The notes beneath the pieces are model-generated. The model saw only the letters and a program-made list of their open reading frames with translations, ran no database searches and was not told where the DNA came from. From the NCBI GenBank assembly GCA_049570475.1, contig CP186953.1, positions 1,312,001-1,376,000 of the forward strand: a DNA stretch of 64,000 nt, given 5' to 3'. The position numbers and the translations under genes are program-made. The stretch comes from Candidatus Methanosuratincola verstraetei. Its GTDB lineage: Archaea; Thermoproteota; Methanomethylicia; Methanomethylicales; Methanomethylicaceae. Positions within the stretch are counted from its first letter, which is position 1. Each line of letters begins with the position of its first letter. This document shows, piece after piece, positions 18,732 through 29,094 of this stretch.

Positions 18732-19544
18732 TCAGCTTCCGAGGTACTCCATGCTCCCAGGTCTGTACCCTTCCAGGTCAATGCTCACGCTCCTGAAACC
18801 TATGTTCTTGAACTCTTTCACAATCTCCTCCCTCAGACCCCTGTCGATTGCCTTGCCTATCTCCGCAGGATCGACTTCGATCTTGGCCGAAAGATCGGTT
18901 ACCCTGACCCTCACCGTCCTGAAGCCCCTGCTCCTGAGGAACTGCTCGCCCCTCTCGACCATCTTCCCTTCTTCCCTTGTAAAGCGGTGCCCGAAGGGAA
19001 ACCTCGTCGCAAGGCATGAATTGGAAGATTCTTCCACGCTCAGTCCGATCAATGCGGCGATTTCGTAAGACTCCTTTTTGCTGATCCCGACCTCTGCGAG
19101 CGGGCTCCTTATGCCCAATTCTCTGAGTGCCTTGATCCCCGGACGTGCCGATCTGACGTCGTCAGTGTTCGTGCCGTCGATGACCAGCCCCACCTCCCGC
19201 CTCTCCGCTGCATCCCTTATCTCCTTCATCATGGCGTACTTGCAGAGGTAGCACCTGTCCTGCGGGTTCCCCAGCACTTCCTCAGGAAGACTCAGCTCTA
19301 TTATCTCATGCCTTATGCCTGCCTCCCTTGCGCTCCTCTTAGCCCTCTCGATATCCGAATCGCCTATGAACTCGGTAATCAACGTGATCGCGATTGCCCT
19401 GTTGCCAAGAATCCTTGCCGCTACAGCAGCGACCAAGGTGCTGTCCACACCCCCTGAGAATGCCACCGCTGCACCATCCTTATCGGAGAACCAACGCTCG
19501 AGCCCCCTCAGCTTGCCGCCCAGAGAATCGTATCTGCAGCTCAA
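18732..19544 (-). CDS. larE: LarE-family ATP-dependent sulfur transferase (PP-loop)
   Basis: AFSGGVDS, NP.DRCY.CK, DGTNTDD...RPG, SCLATRFP and RVRV motifs. Confidence 0.85.
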   Translation of the reverse strand: MSCRYDSLGGKLRGLERWFSDKDGAAVAFSGGVDSTLVAAVAARILGNRAIAITLITEFIGDSDIERAKRSAREAGIRHEIIELSLPEEVLGNPQDRCYLCKYAMMKEIRDAAERREVGLVIDGTNTDDVRSARPGIKALRELGIRSPLAEVGISKKESYEIAALIGLSVEESSNSCLATRFPFGHRFTREEGKMVERGEQFLRSRGFRTVRVRVTDLSAKIEVDPAEIGKAIDRGLREEIVKEFKNIGFRSVSIDLEGYRPGSMEYLGS

Positions 19545-20383
19545 TGCGGTATCACCTGCATATCAAGCACAACTTGGTAGCTTCTCCTCCCTATGCTCCT
19601 GACAACCTTGCCTTCGCATCGTGTCGTTTCGCAGAACATCTCCGCGGACTTGAGGATTTTGGTCTTTGCCCTCTCCATAGCCTCGGCCTTGCTTCCGCCC
19701 ATCTCGTGAGTGTAGACATGGATCCAACCCTTGCCGCTGAGCATTCTCACTGCTTCCCCAAGATAGGCCTCGGCAAGCTCCGGCAAGGGCATCAGCACCC
19801 TGTCTGCGCTGCGGTCCAGCTCAGAAGCCGCCTCCTTGGCGTCTGCCAGTATGGGTATGACCCTCCCGTTGAGCCTGTTCATTGCCACATTCTCAATCAT
19901 GAGTTCGAAAGCTTTCGGATTGTTGTCAATCGAGAAGACCCTCGCCCCTTTGGACTTCGCGATGATTATCGAGAAGGTGCCTACCCCAGCGAACATGTTC
20001 ACGACTGTCTCTCCATTAACCACGAGATCTGCAACCCTCCTCCTCTCGTTAGAGAGCCTCGGCGAGAAGTAGACCTTCCCAATATCCACCAAAAATTTGC
20101 AACCATGCTCTGAATAGATCGTCTCAGTAGACCTCTTCCCTGCCAGCCACTCCAACCCTCTGACTCTGTCCCCTTGCCTAGATGGCGCGGTCTGCATATA
20201 GACCGAGTCCACGCCGATCTTGGCGAGGATCCTCTCCCCGATCTCGTGCCTGATCCCTTCCCACTCCCTCGGTATCTTGATCACTGCAATCCTGCCTATG
20301 ATGTCTACTCCCTTTAGGGCCTTGTGCAGTTCCTCGCTTCCAACGAGCCCCTCTACCGCCTCAAGGACAGCGCTCCTCCTCAA
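19541..20383 (-). CDS. Trm5/Tyw2 (Met-10+)-family tRNA-modifying SAM-dependent transferase
   Basis: VYFSPRLSNER, NMFAGVGTF and ADRVLMPLP motifs. Confidence 0.85.
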   Translation of the reverse strand: MRRSAVLEAVEGLVGSEELHKALKGVDIIGRIAVIKIPREWEGIRHEIGERILAKIGVDSVYMQTAPSRQGDRVRGLEWLAGKRSTETIYSEHGCKFLVDIGKVYFSPRLSNERRRVADLVVNGETVVNMFAGVGTFSIIIAKSKGARVFSIDNNPKAFELMIENVAMNRLNGRVIPILADAKEAASELDRSADRVLMPLPELAEAYLGEAVRMLSGKGWIHVYTHEMGGSKAEAMERAKTKILKSAEMFCETTRCEGKVVRSIGRRSYQVVLDMQVIPH

Positions 20384-20396
20384 GGCATATCCCGCC

Positions 20397-21923
20397 TCAG
20401 TACCTTGGCTTCAGAACGATCTTGGTGCCCAGCTTCTCCTCGATCTTCTGGAGTTTCTTCCTGGTCCTTCTGGCTACCATCGAAATCCTCTCAGGAGGGA
20501 CGATGACCCTCACCTCGCCTTCCCCTGTCTCTATCTCCACTTCTTCCATGTCGATGTACTTGCCCAAAATCCGGCTGATTATCGGCTTGATTGACTGCGC
20601 GCCCCTCGCCTCGCGTCGTTTTACCGGAACGACAAAGGTCCTCTCCCCGAATACATACAGTTCGTATTCGACCTCCCCGTCGAGGAAGTTCCTGACGAGG
20701 ACGACAGGGCGGGTCAGGTCCGACTCGGTCAGTCCGTGCGGTATCTTCACGCTGGTCTCAAGGTCGTACACCTTCTCGACATTGCCGTTGTTGATGAATA
20801 TGACTGTGTCGATCACAGACGGTATCACGCCGAGCTCGACCCTCCCGATGAATCTCTGGATCGAGTCGATCGGGGACGTGGCATGGATTACGCCGACCAT
20901 CCCCACGCCTGCGAGCCTGAGGTCGGTAAAGATCTTAAAGTCCTCAGTGTCCCTCATCTCATCGAAGAAAGTATAGTCCGGTCTGCTCAAGAGGAGGACA
21001 TCATGAAGCTCCTCTGAAGAAGAGTGGGTCTTCGAGTACTCTGTAGCCAGCTTCGGCAGGCTCAGATCCCGGGGGGACTCGATTGTCTTAATGATCTTGT
21101 TCTCCCTTAGGTAGAATTTTGCTAGCGCTTGGGCGAAGGTCGTCTTCCCCATGCCCGGAGCACCCGAGATCAGTATCCCCTCTGCCCTTTCCTTGAACCT
21201 GTTCAGGAGCTTCTCAGGGAGGTCGTAGTCCTCGATCTCGAGCTCGGCAACCTTCTTGGTTATCGTGACCTCGAGCCTGTCGGAGAACGGCGGGAAAGTG
21301 ACTATCACCCTGCTGTCCTTCACCATCAGTATGTGCGATCCTTCCCTCTTGACCTCTAGGAACCCCTCTCCAGCCTCGGCCCTTTCATGGATGTCTTGGA
21401 TTATCTTCTCAAGTTCGGTCTTGCTCATTGGCGCCTTCCCAATATCGACGAGCTTCCAGCTGCCAGGCTTACCCACCTTTGCCCTGGGTTGGATCCCTTC
21501 CTTGAGGTGCACCGACATCGTATCCTTGTCAAAGAATTTGAGGAAAAGCGGCTCGCCAGTGATGCGGGTCCTCCCCTTGATTACGCTTAGCCCCGCCGAC
21601 TCTGCCGTCTTGGCTAGGTTCTCATTTGAAGTGACTATTGTGTAGCCCTTCTCCATCGCGAGCCTCAAGACAGACTCGTCCGGGTCTTCGCCAAGCCTTT
21701 CCCACTTCTCGACCTGGACCTTGACCCCTACGCCATCAGCGCAGTTCTTGAGCTTCTCAAGTTCCTCGAGTGGAATCAGGTCGCCCTTCTCCGAGCTCTT
21801 CCTTATGGCGTTGAGGACCGCCCCTGGTATTGTTATCCCCTTCCCGATCTTGCCGGCGCTCACGAGATCTGCGATGAAGCCCGAGCTTATTGATGATACA
21901 TCTGGAATAACTTCATCAGACAT
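20397..21923 (-). CDS. PINA-type ATPase (PIN + VirB11/PilT-like ATPase + KH)
   Basis: N-terminal PIN (VIPDVS), FFDKDTMSVHLKEG, GAPGMGKTT, RPDYTFFDEMR and DLRLAGVGMVGVIHA. Confidence 0.9.
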   Translation of the reverse strand: MSDEVIPDVSSISSGFIADLVSAGKIGKGITIPGAVLNAIRKSSEKGDLIPLEELEKLKNCADGVGVKVQVEKWERLGEDPDESVLRLAMEKGYTIVTSNENLAKTAESAGLSVIKGRTRITGEPLFLKFFDKDTMSVHLKEGIQPRAKVGKPGSWKLVDIGKAPMSKTELEKIIQDIHERAEAGEGFLEVKREGSHILMVKDSRVIVTFPPFSDRLEVTITKKVAELEIEDYDLPEKLLNRFKERAEGILISGAPGMGKTTFAQALAKFYLRENKIIKTIESPRDLSLPKLATEYSKTHSSSEELHDVLLLSRPDYTFFDEMRDTEDFKIFTDLRLAGVGMVGVIHATSPIDSIQRFIGRVELGVIPSVIDTVIFINNGNVEKVYDLETSVKIPHGLTESDLTRPVVLVRNFLDGEVEYELYVFGERTFVVPVKRREARGAQSIKPIISRILGKYIDMEEVEIETGEGEVRVIVPPERISMVARRTRKKLQKIEEKLGTKIVLKPRY

Positions 21924-22088
21924 TTAATGAACCTTTATGAGTCTTTATGAGGACGAAATATATAATTTTCCATTAAAAAAGCAAACCCTTCAATCAAGCC
22001 CACCCGGAAAATTTGCAGTCTCGTACAAGGGACTTTCGATCACGGAAGCAAGAATTATCCTAATAAGCAGACTCTGCCAAAAAGACCA

Positions 22089-23141
22089 GTGGTCAAATTG
22101 GTAGGCTCTGCTGCCTTCGTGTACGATGATTCTGTGCTGAAGTATGATTTCGGGAGCGGACATCCCTTCAAGATCACGAGGGTCAGGATGGCAATGGATC
22201 GCCTTGCGGGTTCCTTCCAGGAGCTTCAAATTGAACCTGCAAGGAGCGCCACGCGTGCAGAAGCCGAGCTTTTCCACGATCCTGGGTACCTCGATCTTGT
22301 CAAGCGCTTTTCGACCGCAGGCGCAGGGTTGCTAGACGGGGGAGACACGCCCGCGTTCAAAGGATGCTACGAGGCTTCCTTGAATGTGGTTGGTGCCACC
22401 TTGCGTGCGGTCGAACTCGTCCTAAGTGGGAAATATGCCCACGCGGCGAGCTTCGCAGGCGGTCTCCATCATGCCGGCAGGCGTAATGCCTCTGGATTCT
22501 GCATAATGAATGACTGCGCTGTCGCATTGGCATTGCTGAGGAGGCGCTTCAATAAGGTAGCCTACTTAGACCTTGATGCGCACCATGGGGACGGGGTGAT
22601 GTACGGATTCTACTCCGACCCGGGCGTGATCTGTGTCGATGTGCACCAGGATGGGAGGACCCTCTTCCCTGGGACGGGCAGCTACCTCGAGGCGGGATCT
22701 GGCGAAGCCAAGGGGACCAAGCTCAACCTTCCCCTCCCTCCAGGATCCGCCGACGACGTGCTCGTCTCCATGTTCGGCGATCTCGTGGTGCCCTTCCTCG
22801 AGCAGGCGAGGCCTGACTTCTTTATTGTGCAGTGCGGCGCTGACGGCCTGAAGGGGGACCCCCTCGCCGGTCTTTCATTCACCCAGTGCGGGTATCTTAG
22901 GGTTATCGAGATGCTGCACGAGATCGCGCACAGGGCATGCTTGGGGCGGCTCGTCCTGGTAGGCGGGGGAGGCTACAACCCTGGGGCTGTGGCGGAGTGC
23001 TGGGCAGGCGAGTACATGGCTCTCTCCGGAAAACCCCCAATCTGCGGGACCAAACCCTCGACGTCGCTCCCCTCAGTGTTGCGCAAGGCAGAGTCTGTCA
23101 TGTCGGCGATCAGGGAAAGCCACCCTTCATTCTCAGGCTAA
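22089..23141 (+). CDS. histone-deacetylase/AcuC-family deacetylase
   Basis: GHP, GGLHHA, SGFC, DLDAHHGDG, GADG..GDPL and GGGGY motifs. Confidence 0.92.
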   Translation: MVKLVGSAAFVYDDSVLKYDFGSGHPFKITRVRMAMDRLAGSFQELQIEPARSATRAEAELFHDPGYLDLVKRFSTAGAGLLDGGDTPAFKGCYEASLNVVGATLRAVELVLSGKYAHAASFAGGLHHAGRRNASGFCIMNDCAVALALLRRRFNKVAYLDLDAHHGDGVMYGFYSDPGVICVDVHQDGRTLFPGTGSYLEAGSGEAKGTKLNLPLPPGSADDVLVSMFGDLVVPFLEQARPDFFIVQCGADGLKGDPLAGLSFTQCGYLRVIEMLHEIAHRACLGRLVLVGGGGYNPGAVAECWAGEYMALSGKPPICGTKPSTSLPSVLRKAESVMSAIRESHPSFSG

Positions 23142-24769
23142 TGCAGATCCTTCGCCATGAACGGGGAAGACCTGATCTTTGAATAGCCCCTCTTCCGGTA
23201 ATACTCCCTCACGCCTGCACCGGGTAGGACGACGATCTTCTTGCGGTCATACTTCTCCGATGCGATCTCCTCTGCCCTCTTAAGAAGCTCTGTCCCCAAC
23301 CCGTGGTGCTGGAAGCCTCCCTCATCCCTCTTTCCGACTGGTATCTGCTTCCCATAGACATGGAGCTCCCTGATGATGGCTGCGCCCTTCACCTCCTCCC
23401 TGTGCGCCCGTTCGGAGGGCACCCTGAGCCTCAGGAAGCCTATCAGGAGATCGCTCTTCCCGTCTACTACTGATATGAACTCCTCTTGCCCCCCTCCTGC
23501 TTCGTATGCCGTGGATCTGATCTTCGGGTCAGGGTTGGGCAACTTGAGCCCCCTTGCCTCCGCCAGACCTATTTCCCGACACCTGATGCACCTGCACCTG
23601 CTGCCCTCCCGGGAGAGCCTCTCCTCCACGAGCTCCCGCAGGTTGCTCGCCTTGACCCCGTCGACAATTATCTCTGCTGGGACATCCCTCTGGATCCTCG
23701 CAACCCTGACCCATTCGGGGAAGTGCTCGGAAGCCCTCTTTATCAATTCGGCAGCCTCTTCAATCCCCATAGCCCTGTATTTCCCATCCTTCCAGAGCTC
23801 GAAGAGCCCAGTCCCTCCGATTACGAGCGTGGGGTAGATCTTTAGGTAGTCTGGCCTGAAATCCGGATCCTCGAAGATCCTTGCCAGGTCCTCAAGATCG
23901 TCATCTGCGCACCTCCCTGGCAGTCCCGGCATCATGTGGTAACCGACCTTCAGCCCCGAATCCCTCAGGGTCCTAGTCGCCGAGATCACATCCTCAACGG
24001 TTTGCCCCCTGTTAACAAGCAAAAGGACCCTGTCGTCCAGTGCCTGGACTCCCATCTCCACTAGGGTCGCGCCAAGCCTTATCATCCTATCTGTCTGCCT
24101 CTCGCCAGCCCAGTCCGGCCTCGTCTCGAGGGTGATGCCTGTGCACCTGACCCTGGCGAGCTCGTTCTCCTCCATTGCCCTGTCCAGGTACTGCCACCTC
24201 CAGCCCTTCACCTCGGGGAAATCATTCAACGCCTGGAAGCACCTGGTCATGAACCACTCTTGGTACTCGAGATCAGCCGCGGGAAAAGTCCCTCCCATTA
24301 TGATCAGGTGGATCTTCGAGGGCGTATGCCCGATCGCCACGTACTGGTCTATCCTATACTTGACCTGGAGGTATGGATCAAAGCCCGTCTGGAGGCCACG
24401 CATGAGTGCTGGCTCCTTGCCGAGATAGCTCTGCGGGGTTCCTGATTCGACCCCGCCAGGACAGTAGAGGCACGGCCTCTCCTTAGGGCACTTCAAGGGC
24501 TTGGTCATCACGGCGACTGTGTAAATCCCTGAGGCCCCCCTTACCCTCTTGCCCCTGAGGAATTCGCGCAGCCAGCCCTCGTCACCCCTCAGGTGCCTCG
24601 CAACCTCATGATCCTTCAGAACCTTTGTGAGCCCTTCCTCTTTGCAGACCTTGTACTTCAAACGGGCTAGCATCTCCTTGCCTGCTTCTCTCTCCTTGAG
24701 CTGCTCTATGATTCTCCTTGCGGCCCTCTCCTCCCGTGCTCTTTCCTCTTCGGATTCCATCCACGTCAA
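23138..24769 (-). CDS. elp3: Elp3 tRNA U34 carboxymethyltransferase (radical SAM + GNAT)
   Basis: CxxxxCxxCPGG, PQSY, MGGTF, ETRPD, LKIYPT, RIQRD, CRCIRCRE, RELHVYG and FQH.G.G motifs. Confidence 0.95.
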   Translation of the reverse strand: MTWMESEEERAREERAARRIIEQLKEREAGKEMLARLKYKVCKEEGLTKVLKDHEVARHLRGDEGWLREFLRGKRVRGASGIYTVAVMTKPLKCPKERPCLYCPGGVESGTPQSYLGKEPALMRGLQTGFDPYLQVKYRIDQYVAIGHTPSKIHLIIMGGTFPAADLEYQEWFMTRCFQALNDFPEVKGWRWQYLDRAMEENELARVRCTGITLETRPDWAGERQTDRMIRLGATLVEMGVQALDDRVLLLVNRGQTVEDVISATRTLRDSGLKVGYHMMPGLPGRCADDDLEDLARIFEDPDFRPDYLKIYPTLVIGGTGLFELWKDGKYRAMGIEEAAELIKRASEHFPEWVRVARIQRDVPAEIIVDGVKASNLRELVEERLSREGSRCRCIRCREIGLAEARGLKLPNPDPKIRSTAYEAGGGQEEFISVVDGKSDLLIGFLRLRVPSERAHREEVKGAAIIRELHVYGKQIPVGKRDEGGFQHHGLGTELLKRAEEIASEKYDRKKIVVLPGAGVREYYRKRGYSKIRSSPFMAKDLH

Positions 24770-25446
24770 TCCTTCTCTGCGAGTACTACCCAGTTCTCGG
24801 GGAGCCTCCCCCTTATCCTCTCCCCGTATGATTTGATTATCCTCAAACCCGATCTCTTGACTGTATTCTCCAGCTCACATCTAGTGAATAAATGGTAGAA
24901 CCTGCCTCCTTTCCTTCCCCATGGGACAATCAGATCGCCAAGCTCCCCTCCGCTAAACGGGCTGGAGATGATTCTTATTATCCTTCTCAGGAACTTGGTT
25001 TGGAGTATGGACCATGCTGTGATCAAGACCATCCCCCCGCATTTGGTAACCCTCCTGACCTCTGCCATCGTCCTCAGCCTGTTCTCCTTACCCCCTATGT
25101 GGTGTATCACCGCTACAAGCGCAACAGCGTCGAAGGACCCATCCTTGAAAGGTAGGTGCAGCGCGTCGCATCTGACCGTCTCTATCCCTAGCCGGGATGA
25201 TTTCTTCCTGAACGCATTGAGCATGCCTATTGACAGGTCTGCTGCGACAACGGAATACCCGAAAGATGCCAGGGCAACCGCATTCCTCCCTGTGCCGCAA
25301 CCAAGATCGAGCGCCATCCCTTTGCCTCCCTTAAGCTCGAGGATCGAGGGCCAGACCCTCCTCCGGGTCCTCGCGAAATCCTCAGAAATCCTGTCGTAAA
25401 GCTCCCCTATCTCCTTCCTTCTGGAGCAGCCCCACAAGAAATCCAC
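24766..25446 (-). CDS. class I SAM methyltransferase, Trm9/ALKBH8-MT-like
   Basis: YDRISEDFARTRRRVWP, DLGCGTGRN, AVIHHI, LITAWS, VPW and RFYHLFT match the Trm9 motif pattern; overlaps the elp3 start. Confidence 0.8.
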   Translation of the reverse strand: MDFLWGCSRRKEIGELYDRISEDFARTRRRVWPSILELKGGKGMALDLGCGTGRNAVALASFGYSVVAADLSIGMLNAFRKKSSRLGIETVRCDALHLPFKDGSFDAVALVAVIHHIGGKENRLRTMAEVRRVTKCGGMVLITAWSILQTKFLRRIIRIISSPFSGGELGDLIVPWGRKGGRFYHLFTRCELENTVKRSGLRIIKSYGERIRGRLPENWVVLAEKD

Positions 25447-25448
25447 CT

Positions 25449-26141
25449 TTAAGTGCTCCCGATTTTCCCTGACAGGATCGCTTCTGCTATCTCAGCGAAA
25501 CCTTTCCCGAATTTGGACGTGGATACGTAGTCTGCCTCCTTCTTGATCGACTCGTCTCCGTTGGCTACGACACACTTGATCCCGGCGGCGCGCAGCAGCT
25601 CGGCGTCGGTCATGCTGTCCCCAACTCCTGCCACCTCCTCCCTGCTGAGCCCCGCCCACCTGAGAGCCTCGAGGAGGCCAACGCCCTTGTCAACCCTCTT
25701 GTCAAGGATGTGGTATGCGAATCCGCTGTCAATGACCTTGATCCCTTCGAATTTGTTCACTTCCGAAGCCACTTTGTCATAATCAATCGTTCTCATTATC
25801 GCGGCATCGACGTACCTGTGAGGGTTTGACCATGCTTCTCTGATGAGATCGCCGTACACTGACCTTAGGTGATCGATTGCTCTCCTGCCGAGCCCCCTCT
25901 CTCCCAGGATCTTTATCTTCCCTCTATATTCGACGACCCCTCCATTCTCAGCGACTGTTGGCCCGCTGCAACCTATGTACCTGGCGAGTGCCTTGAGTAT
26001 GCAGAGCGCGTTGCCAGAGCACAGGATTACCTTTATCCCGCTCCCCTCGAGCTTCCTTATTGCCTCGATGGCCTCGATGTCGATTATTGAATTGTCATCA
26101 GTGATGGTCCCGTCTACGTCTGTGGCAACAGCCCTTATCAT
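25449..26141 (-). CDS. HAD/Cof-type phosphoglycolate phosphatase
   Basis: DVDGT, SGN, ENGG, KG and GDS.TD HAD motifs. Confidence 0.88.
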   Translation of the reverse strand: MIRAVATDVDGTITDDNSIIDIEAIEAIRKLEGSGIKVILCSGNALCILKALARYIGCSGPTVAENGGVVEYRGKIKILGERGLGRRAIDHLRSVYGDLIREAWSNPHRYVDAAIMRTIDYDKVASEVNKFEGIKVIDSGFAYHILDKRVDKGVGLLEALRWAGLSREEVAGVGDSMTDAELLRAAGIKCVVANGDESIKKEADYVSTSKFGKGFAEIAEAILSGKIGST

Positions 26142-26160
26142 CGAAAACCACTTCTCTCGA

Positions 26161-26493
26161 TCATAGCCTGAGCAGATGTTCCTTGAGATCTTCCTCGAGC
26201 TTCTCAGGCTCCATTAAGCCCCCGAGTCTGTGGATCTCCCTGCCGTTCTTGAAGAAGATGAATGTGGGAGTGACATAGACCTCATAATCCTCTGGCTTCT
26301 TCCTGTTCTCCCTCATGTTAAGCTTTGCAAAAGCTGCCTTGCCTGAATATTTCCTCGCAAGCCCCTCATACACTGGGGCCATCTCGCTGCATATGCTGCA
26401 CCAGGGATCCCAGAACTCCACAACAGCAGTCTCATTCCTGTCTATAAAACTATCAAAATCCTTGTCTGTAATATCTACTGGAATCGCAGACAT
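26161..26493 (-). CDS. thioredoxin
   Basis: WCSIC active site, TPTFIFFKNG. Confidence 0.88.
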   Translation of the reverse strand: MSAIPVDITDKDFDSFIDRNETAVVEFWDPWCSICSEMAPVYEGLARKYSGKAAFAKLNMRENRKKPEDYEVYVTPTFIFFKNGREIHRLGGLMEPEKLEEDLKEHLLRL

Positions 26494-26649
26494 TTTTTGA
26501 TGCCCCTTTCCCCTTCTGAAAAAGGGTATCTATGAGGGTCTATTTATCTTTGCATTGCCCCAGCAAAAGATCCACTTTAAAATTTTTTTAGATAAAAACC
26601 TTTAAAAAGATTGAAATACAAGCTTTATTGGGTATTGAGGTTTCTTGTG

Positions 26650-28158
26650 ATGCCCCAGCTAAGGCTGCTAGGAGCAGGACGCGAGGTAGGGCGCTCGTGC
26701 ATACGACTAGACATAAATAACCACCACTTTCTCCTCGACTGCGGCATAGATCCCGCTGCAACTGGACCGAATGCATTGCCTGATTTCACAGGAACAAGCG
26801 TTGAGAATCTGGATGCCGTGTTTGTCTCCCATGCGCACCTGGACCATACTGGGGCCATACCTGAGCTCGTCAGAAGGGGATTCAAGGGCAAGGTCTTCAT
26901 GACCCTGCCAACCCTTGCACTCGTCAAGCTCCTCTGGCAGGACGAGCTCTCGATAATGGAAAGGGAGTGGCCCAAGGAGGATCGCCTGTGGTCTTCCAAG
27001 GAGATGCACCAGGTGCTGAACAAGCTGGCCGTCCCGACGACTTACCATGAGGTCTTCAAACTCGACTCGATTAGCGTGAACTTCCACAATGCTGGTCACA
27101 TATTGGGATCCACAATGACTGAGATAACGTACAAGGGATTCAGGCTCGTATACTCGGGGGATCTAGGGACTTCCTCCAACCACCTCAGGTACTGGCGCAC
27201 TGAAGACTTGGTCTACCCTGACGTGCTCATATGCGAAGGGACCTACGGTGGGAAGAACAGGAAGAGCAGGGAAGAGACAGGAAAGGAATTCATCGAATCA
27301 GTCAGGTCGACTGTAGAGTCGGGCGGTAAGATACTCATCCCAACATTCTCTGTGGGGAAGGCGCAGGAGATACTCAAGATACTGAAGGACAGCTGGAACA
27401 AGATCCCGAACGTGGAGGTCTACCTGGAGGGCATGGCGATAGAAACGCTCCGGATTTATGAGCAGTTCCTGATCTACATGGACGACAAGGTGAGGCGGGC
27501 ATACCTATTCAACAACATCAACCCGTTCCGGTGGGAAGCCCTCCGGACATTCAAGAGCATATCCGAAAGGAAACGCCTCTACCAGAGGGACTGCGCCTGC
27601 ATAATACTTGCGCCCTCGGGGATGCTTAGGGGCGGGTGGAGCGTCTGGCACATGATAAAGATGGCTGAGGACGAGAAGAACCTGATCGCCTTGTGCGGCC
27701 ATATGGAGGAAGGCACAACCGGACACCAGCTCATGTCCGGAATTAGGAACTTCACCCTCAGGGACATGTTATCAAAGGAGTCCAAGGAAGTAAATGTCAG
27801 GTGCAAAGTGGCCCACTTTGACATATCTGCCCATGCAATGCACAACGAGCTCTGCAACTACATCTCGAGGATTAAGCCAGAGAGGCTAGTCCTAGTCCAC
27901 GGGGATGAGGAGAGCCTGAAGGCTCTTGCAGAGTCGGTCAAGCAGCACACTGGAGAGATCATCATGCCATCCGTAGGGGAGACTGTTGATCTTGAGCACA
28001 GGCCCTTGAGCAGCACGCAAGAGGTCCATGTCGAGGTTCCAATCTCCCAATCAACCTCGATAATTGTGCCCAAGGGCTTCTCCATGCGGGTTAAGCACCA
28101 CGGTAAAGAGAGGTTCATGCGGGCTGAGGACATCCGCTCACTCCTGAATTCCAAGTGA
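26650..28158 (+). CDS. beta-CASP metallo-beta-lactamase ribonuclease (aCPSF2-like, no KH domains)
   Basis: GAGREVGRSC, SHAHLDH, AGHILGS, YSGD, EGTYG, SAHA and LVHG; ATG at 26650 chosen as start. Confidence 0.9.
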   Translation: MPQLRLLGAGREVGRSCIRLDINNHHFLLDCGIDPAATGPNALPDFTGTSVENLDAVFVSHAHLDHTGAIPELVRRGFKGKVFMTLPTLALVKLLWQDELSIMEREWPKEDRLWSSKEMHQVLNKLAVPTTYHEVFKLDSISVNFHNAGHILGSTMTEITYKGFRLVYSGDLGTSSNHLRYWRTEDLVYPDVLICEGTYGGKNRKSREETGKEFIESVRSTVESGGKILIPTFSVGKAQEILKILKDSWNKIPNVEVYLEGMAIETLRIYEQFLIYMDDKVRRAYLFNNINPFRWEALRTFKSISERKRLYQRDCACIILAPSGMLRGGWSVWHMIKMAEDEKNLIALCGHMEEGTTGHQLMSGIRNFTLRDMLSKESKEVNVRCKVAHFDISAHAMHNELCNYISRIKPERLVLVHGDEESLKALAESVKQHTGEIIMPSVGETVDLEHRPLSSTQEVHVEVPISQSTSIIVPKGFSMRVKHHGKERFMRAEDIRSLLNSK

Positions 28159-28161
28159 GGA

Positions 28162-29052
28162 TCATCCGTGGAAGTATTCAGAGGTCGCGCCGCTCCCCCC
28201 CTCTTTTCCAGGAATCCCTGCGGCATCAGCCCTGCATTGCCGGCAGAGCCTGAACTGCGGGAGGTGCTTCTCCGCGGCCTTTCTCGCCTCCTCGAGCTCT
28301 TGACATGTCGGCCTCCTGTGATCCTTGAAACCGTGCTGCGGTATGAGCGGTATTATGTTCATGAGGCTAGCCCCCCTCTTTGAGGCCTCCTCCGCAATGC
28401 GCGGGATCTGGTGAGTGTTGACCCCTGGTATTAGCACGGTGTTTATTCTGACGACTACCCCCCTCTTAACAAGCTCTTCAATCCCTCGAAACTGCTTCTG
28501 TATCAGCAGCCCAGCACCCTTGGCGCCATCAAGTGTTTCACCGTTATACCTGACCCACTCATAGATCTTTGATCCAACTTCCGGATCAACAGCATTGATT
28601 GTAACTGTGACGGTCCTGACCCCGCAATCCTTCAGTTTGTCTGCCACATCCTCGATCAGCAGTCCGTTCGTTGAGAGGCACAGTATGAGGTCAGGGTAGC
28701 TTTCTTTTATCCGTCCTAGCAACCTGTATGTTGCCTCGTTCTCTAGCGGATCCCCAGGTCCTGCTATGCCGACGACCTTAAGGCTGGGGTTGCTCTTCAC
28801 CTCTGCCTCAAGCCTCTTGAGGGCCATCTCATCGTCCATTATGCAGGCCGCGATCCCGGGCTTCTGCTCGCACTTGTCTATCTTCCTGACGCAGTATCTG
28901 CACTGGATGTTGCACCTCGGAGCTACAGGCAGGTGGATCCTTGCAACTGTGAAATGTGCCTTAACGCCAAAGCACGGGTGGGCTGCTGTGAGGTGGGCAA
29001 ACTTAGATCCTATCCCTGCCCATTTGGGGTTCTCTTTTTCCGCCATAAGCAC
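28162..29052 (-). CDS. nifB: stand-alone NifB-type radical SAM protein
   Basis: HPC, CNIQCRYC, EQKP (ExRP variant), AGPG, TVTIN and CRQCRADAAG fingerprint motifs; no NifX domain. Confidence 0.82.
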   Translation of the reverse strand: MLMAEKENPKWAGIGSKFAHLTAAHPCFGVKAHFTVARIHLPVAPRCNIQCRYCVRKIDKCEQKPGIAACIMDDEMALKRLEAEVKSNPSLKVVGIAGPGDPLENEATYRLLGRIKESYPDLILCLSTNGLLIEDVADKLKDCGVRTVTVTINAVDPEVGSKIYEWVRYNGETLDGAKGAGLLIQKQFRGIEELVKRGVVVRINTVLIPGVNTHQIPRIAEEASKRGASLMNIIPLIPQHGFKDHRRPTCQELEEARKAAEKHLPQFRLCRQCRADAAGIPGKEGGSGATSEYFHG

Positions 29053-29094
29053 TCTCCCTCAACTTATCCTATTATGTTATAACGGTGTTATATA

